Of a stretch of 64,000 nucleotides of DNA, positions 47,230 to 59,686 are shown one piece after another. The stretch lies in the NCBI GenBank assembly GCA_036172245.1, contig JAYWIR010000055.1:248001-312000 (forward strand), in the 5' to 3' direction. This stretch comes from Raillietiella orientalis (lineage: Eukaryota). The notes under the pieces were generated by a model. That model saw only the letters and a program-made list of their open reading frames with translations. It ran no database searches and was not told where the DNA came from. A program made the position numbers and the translations under genes. Every line of letters begins with the position of its first letter. The stretch's first letter is position 1.

Positions 47230-47440
47230 ACTCTTGCCAATACTCACCTGGGGCGAGCTGCTGGGGATTCCTTGCGCATTCCTGATGTGGCCGCCAGTGT
47301 TGCAGGACAACCGCACCCTCCCTCTCAAGTGGCAGGAATCGGCGTATGCTGCTTCTGCTGCTGCATTGGGGTATCCCATGAGAAGCGCGCCTCTACCACT
47401 GGCCCCGTGGGAGGGTGGGTGAGGAGTGCGACAGGGGCGG
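47230..47440 (+). mobile_element. Module A fragment (region just before the zinc finger)
   Basis: WGELLGIPCAFLMWPP...TLPLKWQESA matches KWPP...TLPLKWQETA at ~50920 and WGELL at ~9450. Confidence 0.75.
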
Positions 47441-47639
47441 GAAGAAAAGAAGAAGCGGTCCACTGAGAAAACCAGAACCCTCGGGAAAAAGAATGGCTCC
47501 AAAGAGGCATCCAGCTGCAAACCGCCCGGTTCGGAACTCTACCTGGGCAACGGAAAGTCAGCAGGAAGTCAGGAAGCTCTTCTCGAGGAAATCTTTTTGG
47601 GTTCGCTATCTTCTCCAGTCTTCGCTATCTTCCTTCCAA

Positions 47640-48640
47640 CTTTTCTTTGGTTCTCCAAGCACCTCAAGAACCGTCGCGCCCCTGGCGGCGGCGCACGCAG
47701 TTCTTTGACATCGTTCCACGCCACCCGAGGTTGCGTGTAATTCTTCAATACAGGCGGTACCCCGAAAGGGGACCGCCCTATGAATCCAGGAAGGGTTCCG
47801 GAGAAGCGAGTCCGTTCCTTCCACACCTGGGAGGAATCCCCGAAGGGAGATCACCTCCACCCTGGTTGTCTTCAAAGGGGATCTTCTTCCTTATTCTCTC
47901 CGGAGAGACCTCGGAAGGGTCCGCCCCATTTTTCTTCTCCGAAGAGATCCCGAAAACGCCCGCTATAGTGGGAATTTCTTTTCTGGAGGGAACCTGCAAG
48001 GGAACCGCTCCTGTTTACTCCTCTGAAGAGAACCCCGAAGAAATGTCTCCGAATTTTCTCAGAAGGGCGCTCCCCAAAGGGAACGGCATGCTTCTCTGCA
48101 CTCTGAAGAGGTATCATCACCAGCTTCAATGTACGAGACAGAGAGGCCCCTCAAGAAGGGGAGTCCGTTCCTTTGCACAAGCGAAGGGGAGTTACCCGCC
48201 GGTTCTGCAAAAGCCTTGATTCTGCTTCCTGGAAGGACCTCGGAAGGTCGACTCCCAATCCCAGCCACTTATCGGGGCGTCCGGTTTGAACCGCTACTAT
48301 TGCCATTCCCGAATTCTACAGGCCAGCCAGCATTACAGGAGGAACTCGACCCACGACGCACCCTCATCTCTCGGAGTCCATTCTTTCCGAGTATTCGAAC
48401 CTGTGACGCTTGGTGGTGCAACGCGCGGAGACCGCGACCACATAGCCTCCTACGCGTGCGAAGATCAAGTCCGTCCAACGTCGGAACCGTAGAGAGATTT
48501 CAAGATCCACTGCGCCAACCACATTCGACCCCAAAAATCTGTGTCTGAAGAAGTCTCTCTGCACAACCTCAGCTGATCATCGGGCCGTCGGCGCTTCCTT
48601 GCAGATCGAGGGGACGTCACGGGTTGATGGGGGCTGGAAT
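47640..48640 (+). mobile_element. Module B copy 2 with the longest ~39-nt tandem array (about 11-12 units, 47760-48250)
   Basis: CCGAAGG-like cores at about 47762, 47798, 47840, 47912, 47950, 47995, 48035, 48074, 48153 and 48241. Translation ETSEGSAPFFFSEEIPK...TCKGTAPVYSSEENPEE...LPKG. Confidence 0.65.
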
Positions 48641-48749
48641 AGCAGCTCGCGGGGGCGTTTTTGCGCTGCCGCTAATCCCTCCCCCTTTGCCCTTCCTGAA
48701 GACGCTCCTCCCACCTTCTCCCTTCCACAACCTGGACAGGAGGCTGAAT

Positions 48750-51680
48750 CCGCAGCAGAAAGGTAGGCTCGGAGAGGCGTTCTCCACAGAAGTGGGAAAC
48801 GCGTCTGCAGGACCATGCGAGGACGCGGGCAGCCGGTCCTCGCAGCATGCCCATCCTCCACCATTAGCACCACCTGTGCGCCCACTTACGTCTATTCCGG
48901 GAACTCGTGCAAAGGATACTGGAAGGCAAGAGGCTTTCGTCGTCATTCCATGGAAACGGGATGAGACTGCTGCCAAAGGAAAACGACCTGACTGGCGTCA
49001 TCCAGTGGCGACTGATCTCTATCCCAAACTCAGATGCCAACGGCTTGAGCACGACCGTGTCCTTGATGATTTCTCCAACGCAGGCTTCCAAGTTGGCCGG
49101 ATTCCGCATGCCTGCGGGCGATGTGACATGTGTCCAGGACACCTTCGGTTGTAGACGCTACGTTGTCGAAGAACCTGGCGCTAGATTTCTCAAGAATTCC
49201 AAGGAGAATTCCATACCTTGGACCAAGGAATGGTGTCACAGATATTGAAGAAACTGGGATTCCCAAGATAATTCAGCCAGTACGTGAGGGTAATTATCGA
49301 AGAGCAGTTTTTCAAGATGCATGGATCGACAGACATGACACAGACGCGATCCGGATAGAGAGGACTCCATCCAGCAGACGACTTCATTCCGATGCTGCTT
49401 GATGTTTACCTGGAGGCGATGTCAACACCTCCCGAGGGAGACACTTTTAAGAAATTACAGCAGATGACGACAGACTGACTCCTGAGTATGAGCCGAAAGG
49501 TTGAGGAAACCCTGGATTCTCCGTTGACCAGGGAGCAGACGGGCAAGGAGTCCTTGAGGTCGCGGTCGATTTGAGTAAAGCATTCGACTGAGTCGGAGCT
49601 TCTTCTGGGCTTCTCGGCAGATCAAGGGGCCTACTCGCTCTCCAGCTGGAGCGGCGCGCTGATCCACGTTTCTTTAAGCAGTCAAAACGTGCACGGCCTG
49701 CCGGTGCGGCGCGGCATACAGCAGAGCCGACAGCCTGAATCACCTGCTCTTCAGCATCTACTTTGAGTTGGCGCTGAGAACATACAGGGAGACTCTGGCA
49801 ACCTTACCGAGTTCGTGTCCGGTCACGCCTGTCGTGTCGGTCTATGCCGACGATCTTCTGCTGCTGCTTCCAGGGTCCACCCTGGCGTCCGCTCTCGAAG
49901 ATTTCTCTGAGCTGCTGCGCCGCGGGACGGATCCTAAGGTGAACAGGGAGAAGTCGTTCATCGTGGCAGTCGGTGCGGCGTTGGCCATACAGTCAGACTG
50001 GATCCTCTTGGGGATCCCCACGGGCAGGTACATCAAGAACCTTGGCGTTCCGCTGGGGGACTTCTGTCCGACAGAAGTCTGGTGGGTCCGTCTTCAGAAG
50101 ATGGAGTTAGCGATCGGCCCGTTCCAGAACGGCAAGTTTTACTTGCAGGAACGGGCCGTGGTGTAGAACGCGTTCGCGGCCCACCTCGTTCTCCCCCTAC
50201 TTTTTGTTTGCCCCTCCCCACCCACATGAAAAAAAGGACCGAGGACCTCCTGAGGAAAGTCCTCTGGGGCACAAGGAGGTCTTGGGTCCGTTTAAAAGAC
50301 TTGGGCGCTCCACGCAGGGACGGTGGACGCTGGAGCGCATGGAGCTCCAATTTCGAAAAATCGCCCTCGCGGCGAATTTGTGGACAACGCCATGGTGCGA
50401 ACGCGCACGCCCCCTCTCCAGTAGAGCGACCGGCTGCGAAGGATTGCCTTCGACTGTCGTGGCCTACGACCGCAGCCTGAGGCACTGTGGCCATCAGCTG
50501 CGCGGCATGGTTACCCAGTGCAGGAGAGCACGTGGATCTCCTGCGTCCCCGCGAACTGTACCGCCTGGCTTCAGGAGCGTCAGTTTCCGCATGGGAAAAG
50601 ATCAACGGCTCGAGCGAGCCGGACTACGCATGCCTCCGTAGAGGCAATTACTCTGAACAGCCCCTGCAGGAGATTGTAAACAACCCACGCAAGTTGGGCT
50701 GTGGGCTTCTTTTACCCTCTTGCCCCCGTGCTGTTCTCCCTCAGGAACGCTAGGGACAGCAACGAACGAGCATCGTGGGAAGTGCCCTGCCTCATCGGAG
50801 GCAGGAAAAGACTGTTCAAGTCATGGACAACTCGGCAGCTAGTGGATGCTGAGACCCCGAGCGTCCTGCCTAAAGGACTTCTGCACTGGGCGAGCTGCTC
50901 GGAATACCTCCGGAGAATTTGAAGTGGCCCCCAGCGCGTTCGGACAAGGGCACCCTCCCTCTGAAGTGGCAGGAGACGGCGTTGCTATTCTTGCACTGGG
51001 GGATCCTATGCAGAGCACGCCTGTCTCACTGGACACTGAGGAATGTGGATGCCCGCTGCATCGAGTGCGGCGAAAGGAAAACCTTCCCGCATCTCTTAAT
51101 AGACTGCGTCGCCCTCCGTGAACTGTGGAATCGACTCTCGTCGATTCTGAATCTTCCAGCAGGAGACCCGAAAGACATTTTCCAGCATCTCTTCCTGCGT
51201 GACTCCCTGCCCCCCACCGCGTCTCTAGCAGTTATCTGCTGTGTTCGTGGAATCGGGGAGAGGTGGAACGCCAAAAGAGTAAGGCAGAACAGCAGGGACG
51301 CAGTGCACTGGACCACGATCTTCTTGGAGACTGCGTCAAGATGGCTCCACCGGAATAATTTAAAAGCAGCACTTGTCAGCATCCTAAACAGGATGCCGAG
51401 GACCAATGCAGTGATCCCTTCCCTGCCCTCCCCTCCTCGAATAAACATTGTCCTCCTTTTTTCAATTCTTTTTGTTTTGTTTATCCCTTCCCTTTCTCCG
51501 CCGGAGTGGAACTCAGCGGTCTACGTACTGGCTCATGAGAAGTCTCCCGAGCGTGGTAGAACCAAGTGTTCTACCACGAAACAAGCATTAGTAACGACTT
51601 TATTATGGAATTTTTTGTATAAAAATTTTAATAATAAATGCCCCGTCAAATCCCGGAGAAAAACGCCGGTGTCTTCTGCT
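48750..51680 (+). mobile_element. Module A copy 2: decayed L1/Tx1-like reverse transcriptase ORF with C-terminal zf-RVT
   Basis: Motifs in order: LLPKENDLTGVIQWRLISIPNSD, VAVDLSKAFD*V, RRGIQQ, LLFSIYFE, YADDLLL, KVNREKS, IKNLGVPLG, APRRDGG, CIECGERKTFPHLLIDC. Stops and frameshifts make it a pseudogene. Confidence 0.92.
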
Positions 51681-54455
51681 GCTGTTCTCCATGTCCGGCT
51701 CGGCGTCAGCACTCGAGGGCTTCTTGGAGCTATTCGTTCGGGTCAGGGGCTTGGATTTTCACCCGGGTTTGCCAGGGAGTTTATTGTAGTAAAAATGAAC
51801 AGCACAAAGATGGTGGGGGACCCACTGGCCCTATCACGTATTCAGACTGTTACAAACTTGCCGAGAAGACGGTGCGCAGACCGGGGTGTTCTCGACAACG
51901 GACAGGAAGGGAGGAAACCAAAGAAAAGTAAAAGTATAGATGTTGAAGTAGAATAACTTTGGGAGGCACGGAGAAGGGATCATAGCCTTCCAGGAGCCGC
52001 CCCCTGCGTCCTCTCCAGGAGGGTGTTCAGTTCCTTTTGCATTTGCTTCAAGTGGGGTCATCTCGTTGGCCTTCGCAAAAAAGGTAGGGCGAAGCGCATG
52101 GAGCCCCTAGAGTGGCCTCCCCTTCTGGCGTCTCTGCTAGCCGCCACAATCCGGCTCAGGCAGGCTGCTAGCGAGGCTGCCGGCCGTACACCAAAGACCC
52201 AAACTGACCGTCCGGAACTGCAAACAGCTCGCCACCAGCGGCAACTGCCTCAAATTGCGACTCTTCCGATACACTGAAAGTCAAAGGAAGATTTTATTTA
52301 CCCCCTGGACATGCGAAAAATGGGAAAATCATAACGAAATGAGATTCAGAATAATGAAGAAAGAATGTGCGGGAACTCTTTCCCTCCAACAATTCCCAGA
52401 AGCAATGAAGTCCTTGCCGCGGCTGCCAGTCGTTTCGGGATCAGAAACGTCGATCCTGCAAGCGGGACTGGAATCCGGGGGACCTGCTACCAGACACTCA
52501 GGACGACCTCCTCTCATTTTGCCATGGTGGAATCCGGAGTGGATCTGAAGACGACTTCGTCGTGGGGTGTGGGGCCGAGGAAACTCGGTTGCAGGTTCTC
52601 ACCTGCCCAACGCTGCGCCAAGACTGGGCAGAACTGAGGGAGGCGGGGTCTGCAGGGCAGCACGAGAATGCAAATGGATCCTGACGGGATGTGTTCCCGA
52701 CACGACCTCCTGCTGCGAACAAAGATGGCCCTCTCCATCACACGCGTTGTGATAAGAGCAAAAAGGAGAAGAGAGAGGCAAGCAACGCCATCCGTGACCA
52801 CACTGAAAGGACCCATTCAGAGGGAGATCGGCAGGAGGCACTGCGGCAGAATCCCAGCCTGGTCGCTTCATCTGGAAAAAGATTGCGGATGCTGCCCAAG
52901 TGAGAGGAACGCCCGGCTGTCCCGGTGATCACATCCCAAGGACAAAAATCCCGAATGTGACCCACGAAAGTAGCACTTGGTGCTGCGAACGATGTTTGGA
53001 AACAGCGGCGAATGGGTCGTCTATCGTTTTGTGCAGCCGTTGCTTTGTATGAGTCGTTTTTGAACGAATTCACCCCACGGCTTGTCGGATTGGGAAAATT
53101 CCTGACCTGACCTCACTTTCCAGGCACCTCGACCACCGAAAAAAAGAGAACGAGCCCAGACAATAATCTCATGAGGCGTATGAAAGGAAAATGATAAAAC
53201 TTGACCTGTGCGCCCAAAGAATTTTAAAATAATTAGTAATATTCATTCTACATTTACCTAACCCGATTTTAAAAATGATTAGAAATCGTCAATAATTAAC
53301 ATCAGCATTTATCTGGTTAGTCATGAATTTGCAATTTACCTTTAAATAATGTCATAAATGGAGCTTTCCGCTGAGTTGTGACTTTGTGGCACCACCAATA
53401 CATTCTCGAAGGATAATGTGAAACGAACCTTCCCCTCATGAATACGACGGGTTTCATGATGATCTTACTATATCAAAGATCCTGATGAGGCACGAATACG
53501 ATGAGCGGGCCTCGGTGGTGAAGTTCTCTATACTGTAGAGGGATTGAAATGCACATCAGTTGCTTTGGAAGTGGTTTGCGAAACACTCAGCTGTGAAATC
53601 CATTCCTATTACTTTTTGGATAGACTTTTGACACATTCGTATTTTCTAGAAACGGGAAAATTCGAGGCAGGTAATAAATGCACATTACGGATATACATAT
53701 ATATATGTATGTATGTAGAGTTTCTTATGAAATAGAATCTCCCAGCTTATTGTACTCCTGCTCGTGATTAAAACTTCCTATCACCATTTGCAACTGCATT
53801 GGATTTTTCTGCATCCAAGCGATGATCTTACAAATGCCTTCCCACTTCTCACTGTTTGCGATTTGTTCACTCTGTTACTGAATTCACCTTTCATGTTTTC
53901 GTTCCTTGGTCAAAGTTTCAGTGTACAAAGTCATACATCGAGGTCAAGTCGAGGATCCGTTCAACCTTTGATCACAGGACACAAATGGGGAGCCATAAGT
54001 TCACTAAGAAAACAAGATAATAAGGGCGACTTGATTCCAATGGCACAGAGGAGAAACATGCTAATGAAGTCCGTGTAAACATAAAGTAAAAACAGGTAAA
54101 ATCCATCTCTCTGATACTTTCTCAAAGCGATGTCTTCATGTCTGGTAATTCCAGTAACAAAAGATTCCAAAACCAGAATCAGTTTTGTTGTGATGCCAAA
54201 GTAGTGAAACGTGTCATCAAAACCAATATTGTAAACTTTTTACTGCGAAGTTCCAGTTGAAAACCAAAGTAACATAGCTACAAATAAAACATTTCGTTTC
54301 TTCAGCACTTTACTCATTTTAGCATAATCCCTTTGATTAAACATGTCTAAACAAGTAAGCCATAGTAAAACACTGTCCCAAAGGTCATTATTTCGATTCT
54401 CTGGAAATAACAACATTTTCATGTCTAAGTCTTTACTTAAACTTATTAAGAACGA

Positions 54456-57400
54456 TTAAACAGCAAATCCTGCAGGGGAATTCCATTTATAAAAGGATCT
54501 TGCTTTGTCAGGAAATACAGCCATCACCTTGAATACACTGCCCATTTGTGAAGAACTGGTAAGCATGTTGTAACCAGATACTAACTCTTCAGCTTCCTCT
54601 AATTTACAATTCTGGAGTAATCGCTAAACACATTCAATCAGATTGAAAGCTCTACTAATACTCACTTACCTGTAGCCTTTCCTCAGCACCCATCTGTGCT
54701 AAAAAATGACCTTGTTCCACAGGTCCAAACTGTAAATGAGGTTCACCAACAGTTTTCATTAAAAAACCAAAATCAATATCTGTAGTTAAATCAGCAGTTC
54801 CTGGATTTTCCAATGGATTTACTTGCTGATGACTTTTAAAAGCCTGCAGACATTAAAATGTTGCACAGTCAGCTACCTTGAAACTATTTCCACAACTCTC
54901 AGTATCTCCATAATCCACAATCAGAGCAAAACCTCCATCATTATTGATTCTTCTGCATAATTCATTTAATAATAAAGATGCATCAAAGCTAAACTCAATC
55001 TGATGCCGTGATTCTTCTACCTACAGTAAGTATTGAAAAGTACACACAAAACTTAATACAGTGTGCAAGAAATTAAGCAATAATTGTTTCACTTCTGCAC
55101 CGCTCAATATGATGTTGAAACAAAAAGCACACTAAACGATAAACTCATGCACTGTGAAATATTAAACAAATATATGAATTCGATTTTACCTGAATTAAGA
55201 GTAAAAAGTCTATCAAAAAAGTGAACAAACCAAAGGTAATGCTTTAGAGTATGGGGTTGCCTCTTTGGAAAGAAGATACATCAGATTATCAGATTTTACA
55301 GGATCCAGTCCAATTAAAACTTCTCTCCATATTCCCTCTTTCCTCTGAGAACATTTACAACATTAATTTTAATTGCAGAAATTTCAACTTGATTGCTAGA
55401 TTTTTTTAAAAAAAAAGAAACACACTTTCTGACACACTTTCTCACTGTAAATCAATAAAAATCCCCTTTTCTATTAATGGGGGCACTCCTGTCCACATTA
55501 CTAGATAGAGGATAGACAAACGCTGCTGTTCATTCAAACCCTAAAGCCTTCTTAAAACTGCTTGACTCTTTTTTTTTTTTTTTTTTTTCCCACTTGAAAG
55601 CTTGGAATGCTTTTGTGTTGAATTTACCTGTGCTAATTTGGATGCCCTTTTAATAACATAAGACTCTTCACTTCTAAAGCATTCCAAGCTTTCAAGCTTT
55701 ATTGAATGTGTTTACACCTTAATCCAGGTTTTTTATTGTGCATGACTTTCATTTTCTGACTCTATTTCTAAGAGTTCTCATTTTTAGAAATTAACTGGAT
55801 TTATTTTTGTTAAATCTGCGTTTGCCTTGTGCATAATATTTACATAAATGCTCTCTTGAGTTTGTACTTGAGAACTGTACGGTTTGTAAACACATTCTAC
55901 ACCCTGGTTACACCTGCAATTTGCATGAATGATTAATTACATCACATTGCAAAGGTGATTATTACCTAAATATTCATTACATAAAAATATTGTTTACCTG
56001 AAATATGTGAACAGGTAATGCATCAAGGAATTCGTTTGCCAAATATACATTACATCCCCTGGGCACATCCTCAATGCTTTTGTACCAACTGATGGGACTA
56101 GTTAACTTGGAAGTGGGTTTTTGACCTACACTGGGAAAAATCATAAAACTTTTCAAGACAAAAAGCAAATTAAAAAAATGACCTTTCCAAGATAAAAAGC
56201 ACACACTACATGAAAACCCAAAGCTTGTATCAACTCAAGTGTTCCTGTGCATTTCAAAATTGATAAATCTGACAGTGACCAGAAAACAGATTTACCTTGT
56301 CATCAGAAATATAAGGTGCACAGAACAAAGTAACATGAAGCCACCTTGAAAAAAGTTAAAAGATTGGTACTTATCGATTCTCGATTCTAATCTGTTTTTA
56401 CTACTGGGATGGATATTGAATACGAAAATTTTATTAGTCTCAATGTACATCTGCTTGTTGTTGACTGACGGATTTTGCACCACATTATAGCACCACATTA
56501 TAACATTGACGATCACTGTTAATTTTTAGAGCTGTGGAAAAATTTCTCAAAGTGATCCTTCCCAACATTTCACCTGTGCATCCAAAAATTTTTCATCTTC
56601 AATATTAGTTGTGTTTACTGTTTTTGTTTTTTGACTTCAATTTGGAAAATAACTTCATTATCCTGTATAATTGATAAAACACTGATCTTTGCTAATATTC
56701 CCTAATAGTTCTTAAGAATACTTTTTTACAATTTGCTATGGCAAAACTCCTAAACTCTCCCATTAAACTTTCCCTTTGGGAGTAGATATTATCCTGAAGA
56801 GAAATCAATCCCCCCAAAAACAATATTTTGGTTACAATCCACTGTTGTTATTCCTTTCAATTTTGACTCGATTATGAGCTCTTTTCAGTTTTGCACCCAC
56901 AATACATTCACTCCTATGTTTTCTCAGACCTACTTCTGAGAGTTTGTTAGGACAATTTTTACATCAGAATACTACCAGGTAATAAACACTGTAATGTTAT
57001 ACTAAGATTATGCACATTGGATTATCATACAATACAGCCTAGAAAAAGCACATCATTTCTGCTTTATTGTACGATATTTCTGCTGATGCAAGCAAAACTT
57101 AATAACAAACTAAAAAGAAGCAAACAAGAAATGACTCAATGAAACAGTTTCAATTTAATACTACAAATTAGTACACCTCCTATATCCAAGTTTTCCCGTC
57201 CTATATCTGATATTTCCATAATCAACCAAAATATGAATGATTATGGCACTGTTTGATAGGGCAAACTTGACAATTTAATAACAATACAACGCTTCTGACC
57301 CTTAGCTTGCACTCACCAACAAATCCTTCCCTAGGACATTCATACTTGGTAATGAACTTCTGGTTCATTGAAAATATTACAAAAGTAGTTAATGAATTTT

Positions 57401-59686
57401 CATAATCTGGAATTCCATTTACTTACATAATGTGAAAATCTCATTTTTCATTTCTTTTTTCATGTATACTCAATATGTACTCTAAAACAAAGCCTTTTCC
57501 TTCAATACTTTCTTATAATCAATTACATTCCATCACACATACCAAGTGATGCACAATTACATAAGAATTTCAAACATGAAGTTTATTTCAAATTCTGCAA
57601 TGAAACTGCTTCATCATTACAGACTGTAACGTTATTGTTCATAAAAGTCTTTGGTTCATTACGCTAAAAAGGGAATTAGTCAAGTTTACATTTTCTTAGG
57701 CAGGTTCATATTTTCCTGGATTGCATTAAAAGTCTAAATGGTCTGACAAAATGCAATGTGAAACAATTTCATTCATTTATTTTTATTAGCCATCTGGATT
57801 ATTTTTTGACAACAGTTTCTGACAAGCTGTTCTAATGTAGATTTAAAACAACGCTGTTTGGGTTGTCCATTTCAAAAAGTCCTTTCTATCAGTTCTGATT
57901 TTAATTGACAACTGGACATCTTACATGTTAAACAGTGATTACTTTTTTGTTATTTTCAAATATTCAAGCATCAAAGAGCGGATGTCAGTTTTGTTTATCC
58001 TCGAATGACAGAAAACATTTTCTGGTTTTTTGAAACCTGGGTTCTTCATGGCATTGAACAGTCCAGACAACAGTTGTGAAATTCAGTTTTGAATAAGACC
58101 ATCATGTATTAATGTATGTTACTTTGTGTGTATATACTTAATGTATGTTACTTTCCATACCACATTTTTTTTTTAATAGTGATGATTTCACATTCCTATT
58201 CTTTACACGTTTGTTTGAAAGTTCAAGCTTCTTTCTTCTGATTTCCATGTGTGTAAGCAAATGATGCTTATAATACTCCATAAATATACGACAGAAGGCT
58301 TTTCTGACATTCAGTTTTTTGTACTTTCGCCATTTATTTATTGAAATGAAAAAATCACTAGCTGAATGCATCATGACTTAGCATGTGATTCAGATTAAAA
58401 AATTTTGTGACTGAATTTATCGAAAACTACGAAAACACTACAACAACTGTACTCAAACTAAGAATTCCCACCATATGTGGAAACTGCAATTTAATTTTTC
58501 CAATAATCAACAAAAATGAAATAAAAGTTTTTTTTTTTATTTTTTTAAATGTGACTTTGATTAAGCATGCATTAAAAAATGAAAAGGACAAATGCAGTAT
58601 TACAGATGCAATGAAAAATTTTGAAGACAAACACACATCAAAACCAAAATATTTCACTTTTTTTTTTAATATTTACTGTAAATAATAAATGAATGTGTGC
58701 TCATGAAATGAATGATCGAGTTACCAAGGCTTGCTTCCGTTATGAAATACAATTATGAACTACATGTATTAAAAAAATTGGCCTTGTTAGTCAGTCATAG
58801 GTCATAGTTGATCTGGATATTCTGAGCAGAAAAAAAGCTTGTTCAGGCACCTGTTTGACATGACTTACATCTAATAAGAAGCATCTACAAACAATTACAA
58901 CAAAATACTAACAAAAGCATGTGACAGAAACAATGAGATAATTTCTGAACACTAAATTGAAACACAATTTATCCACTGATAATCTGCATGCACGTTTGCA
59001 GTTTAAATTTTCTGAAGCCTGACCTTTGACAACACAAACCTATCAAATTAAAGAAGGGAATGCAAGCAAGTATCCCCTTTCAAATGCCTAATTATTAATG
59101 CACTCTTTTCTTTTTATACTGTAAAAACTACCTGAAAGCAACAACTGTTGTTTCCTTTGAAGAACAGGACTTTGTTCTACTATATGCAGATCTACAGTAT
59201 AATTAAGTTTGTGAAAAACCTACACAAAAGGAAGAAAAATTATGTGCATTACAAAAGATATGAACAAATACATACTCTTAATAGATCATGGGCTAATGTT
59301 CCTCTTCCAGCACCTAATTCTACAATGTTGAATGGGAATGGCAAGTTTAATCTTAATCCTTCGTGCAAAATCCATATAGCTATGAGCTATACTTAATAAA
59401 GGAAATCAGTCCTATCATATGGGCATACCTCTCCAAATAACTGACTAATTTCTGGAGACGTTGTGAAATGGCCACCTGCTCCCAAAACATCTTGTGTCAT
59501 GTAAAATCCACATGTTGGATGCAACAAACAAATTCTCATATAATCTGCAACAGAAATTGGTCCAGAAAAACTGATCTTCTTAATCAAGTAGTCTAGAATG
59601 TGCCGAGAATCATGATGAACGCTGCTTCGAGTAATGCTGCAGATGGGTAAAACATGAAATGTCTTCAGAATTTGTCTGAAATGCAT
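54456..59686 (-). CDS. NDUFAF7: Mitochondrial protein arginine methyltransferase NDUFAF7/MidA (complex I assembly factor, ~394 aa)
   Basis: Exons 59686-59429, 59386-59276, 59219-59132, 56125-55998, 55344-55231, 55020-54877, 54843-54670 and 54623-54456 total 1185 nt in frame. Motifs GPISVADYM, FTTSPEISQLFGE, VELGAGRGTL, ANEFLDALP, VDYG, PGTADLT, QMGSVFKV, and a basic presequence-like N-terminus. Confidence 0.96.
55593..55696. repeat. Perfect 21-bp inverted repeat with a 62-nt spacer in an NDUFAF7 intron (MITE-like or hairpin)
   Basis: CTTGAAAGCTTGGAATGCTTT at 55593-55613 and its exact reverse complement at 55676-55696. Confidence 0.9.

Noticed and set aside
47760..48250. CRISPR-like array
   Set aside because: The units are degenerate throughout, with no identical repeats or unique spacers, no cas genes, and a eukaryotic context.
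52255..53100. A further LINE relic
   Set aside because: Only vague RT-like words, too degenerate to support.
53700..54430. Short minus-strand ORFs downstream of NDUFAF7
   Set aside because: No consistent splice model or recognisable motif; likely UTR or a decayed repeat.
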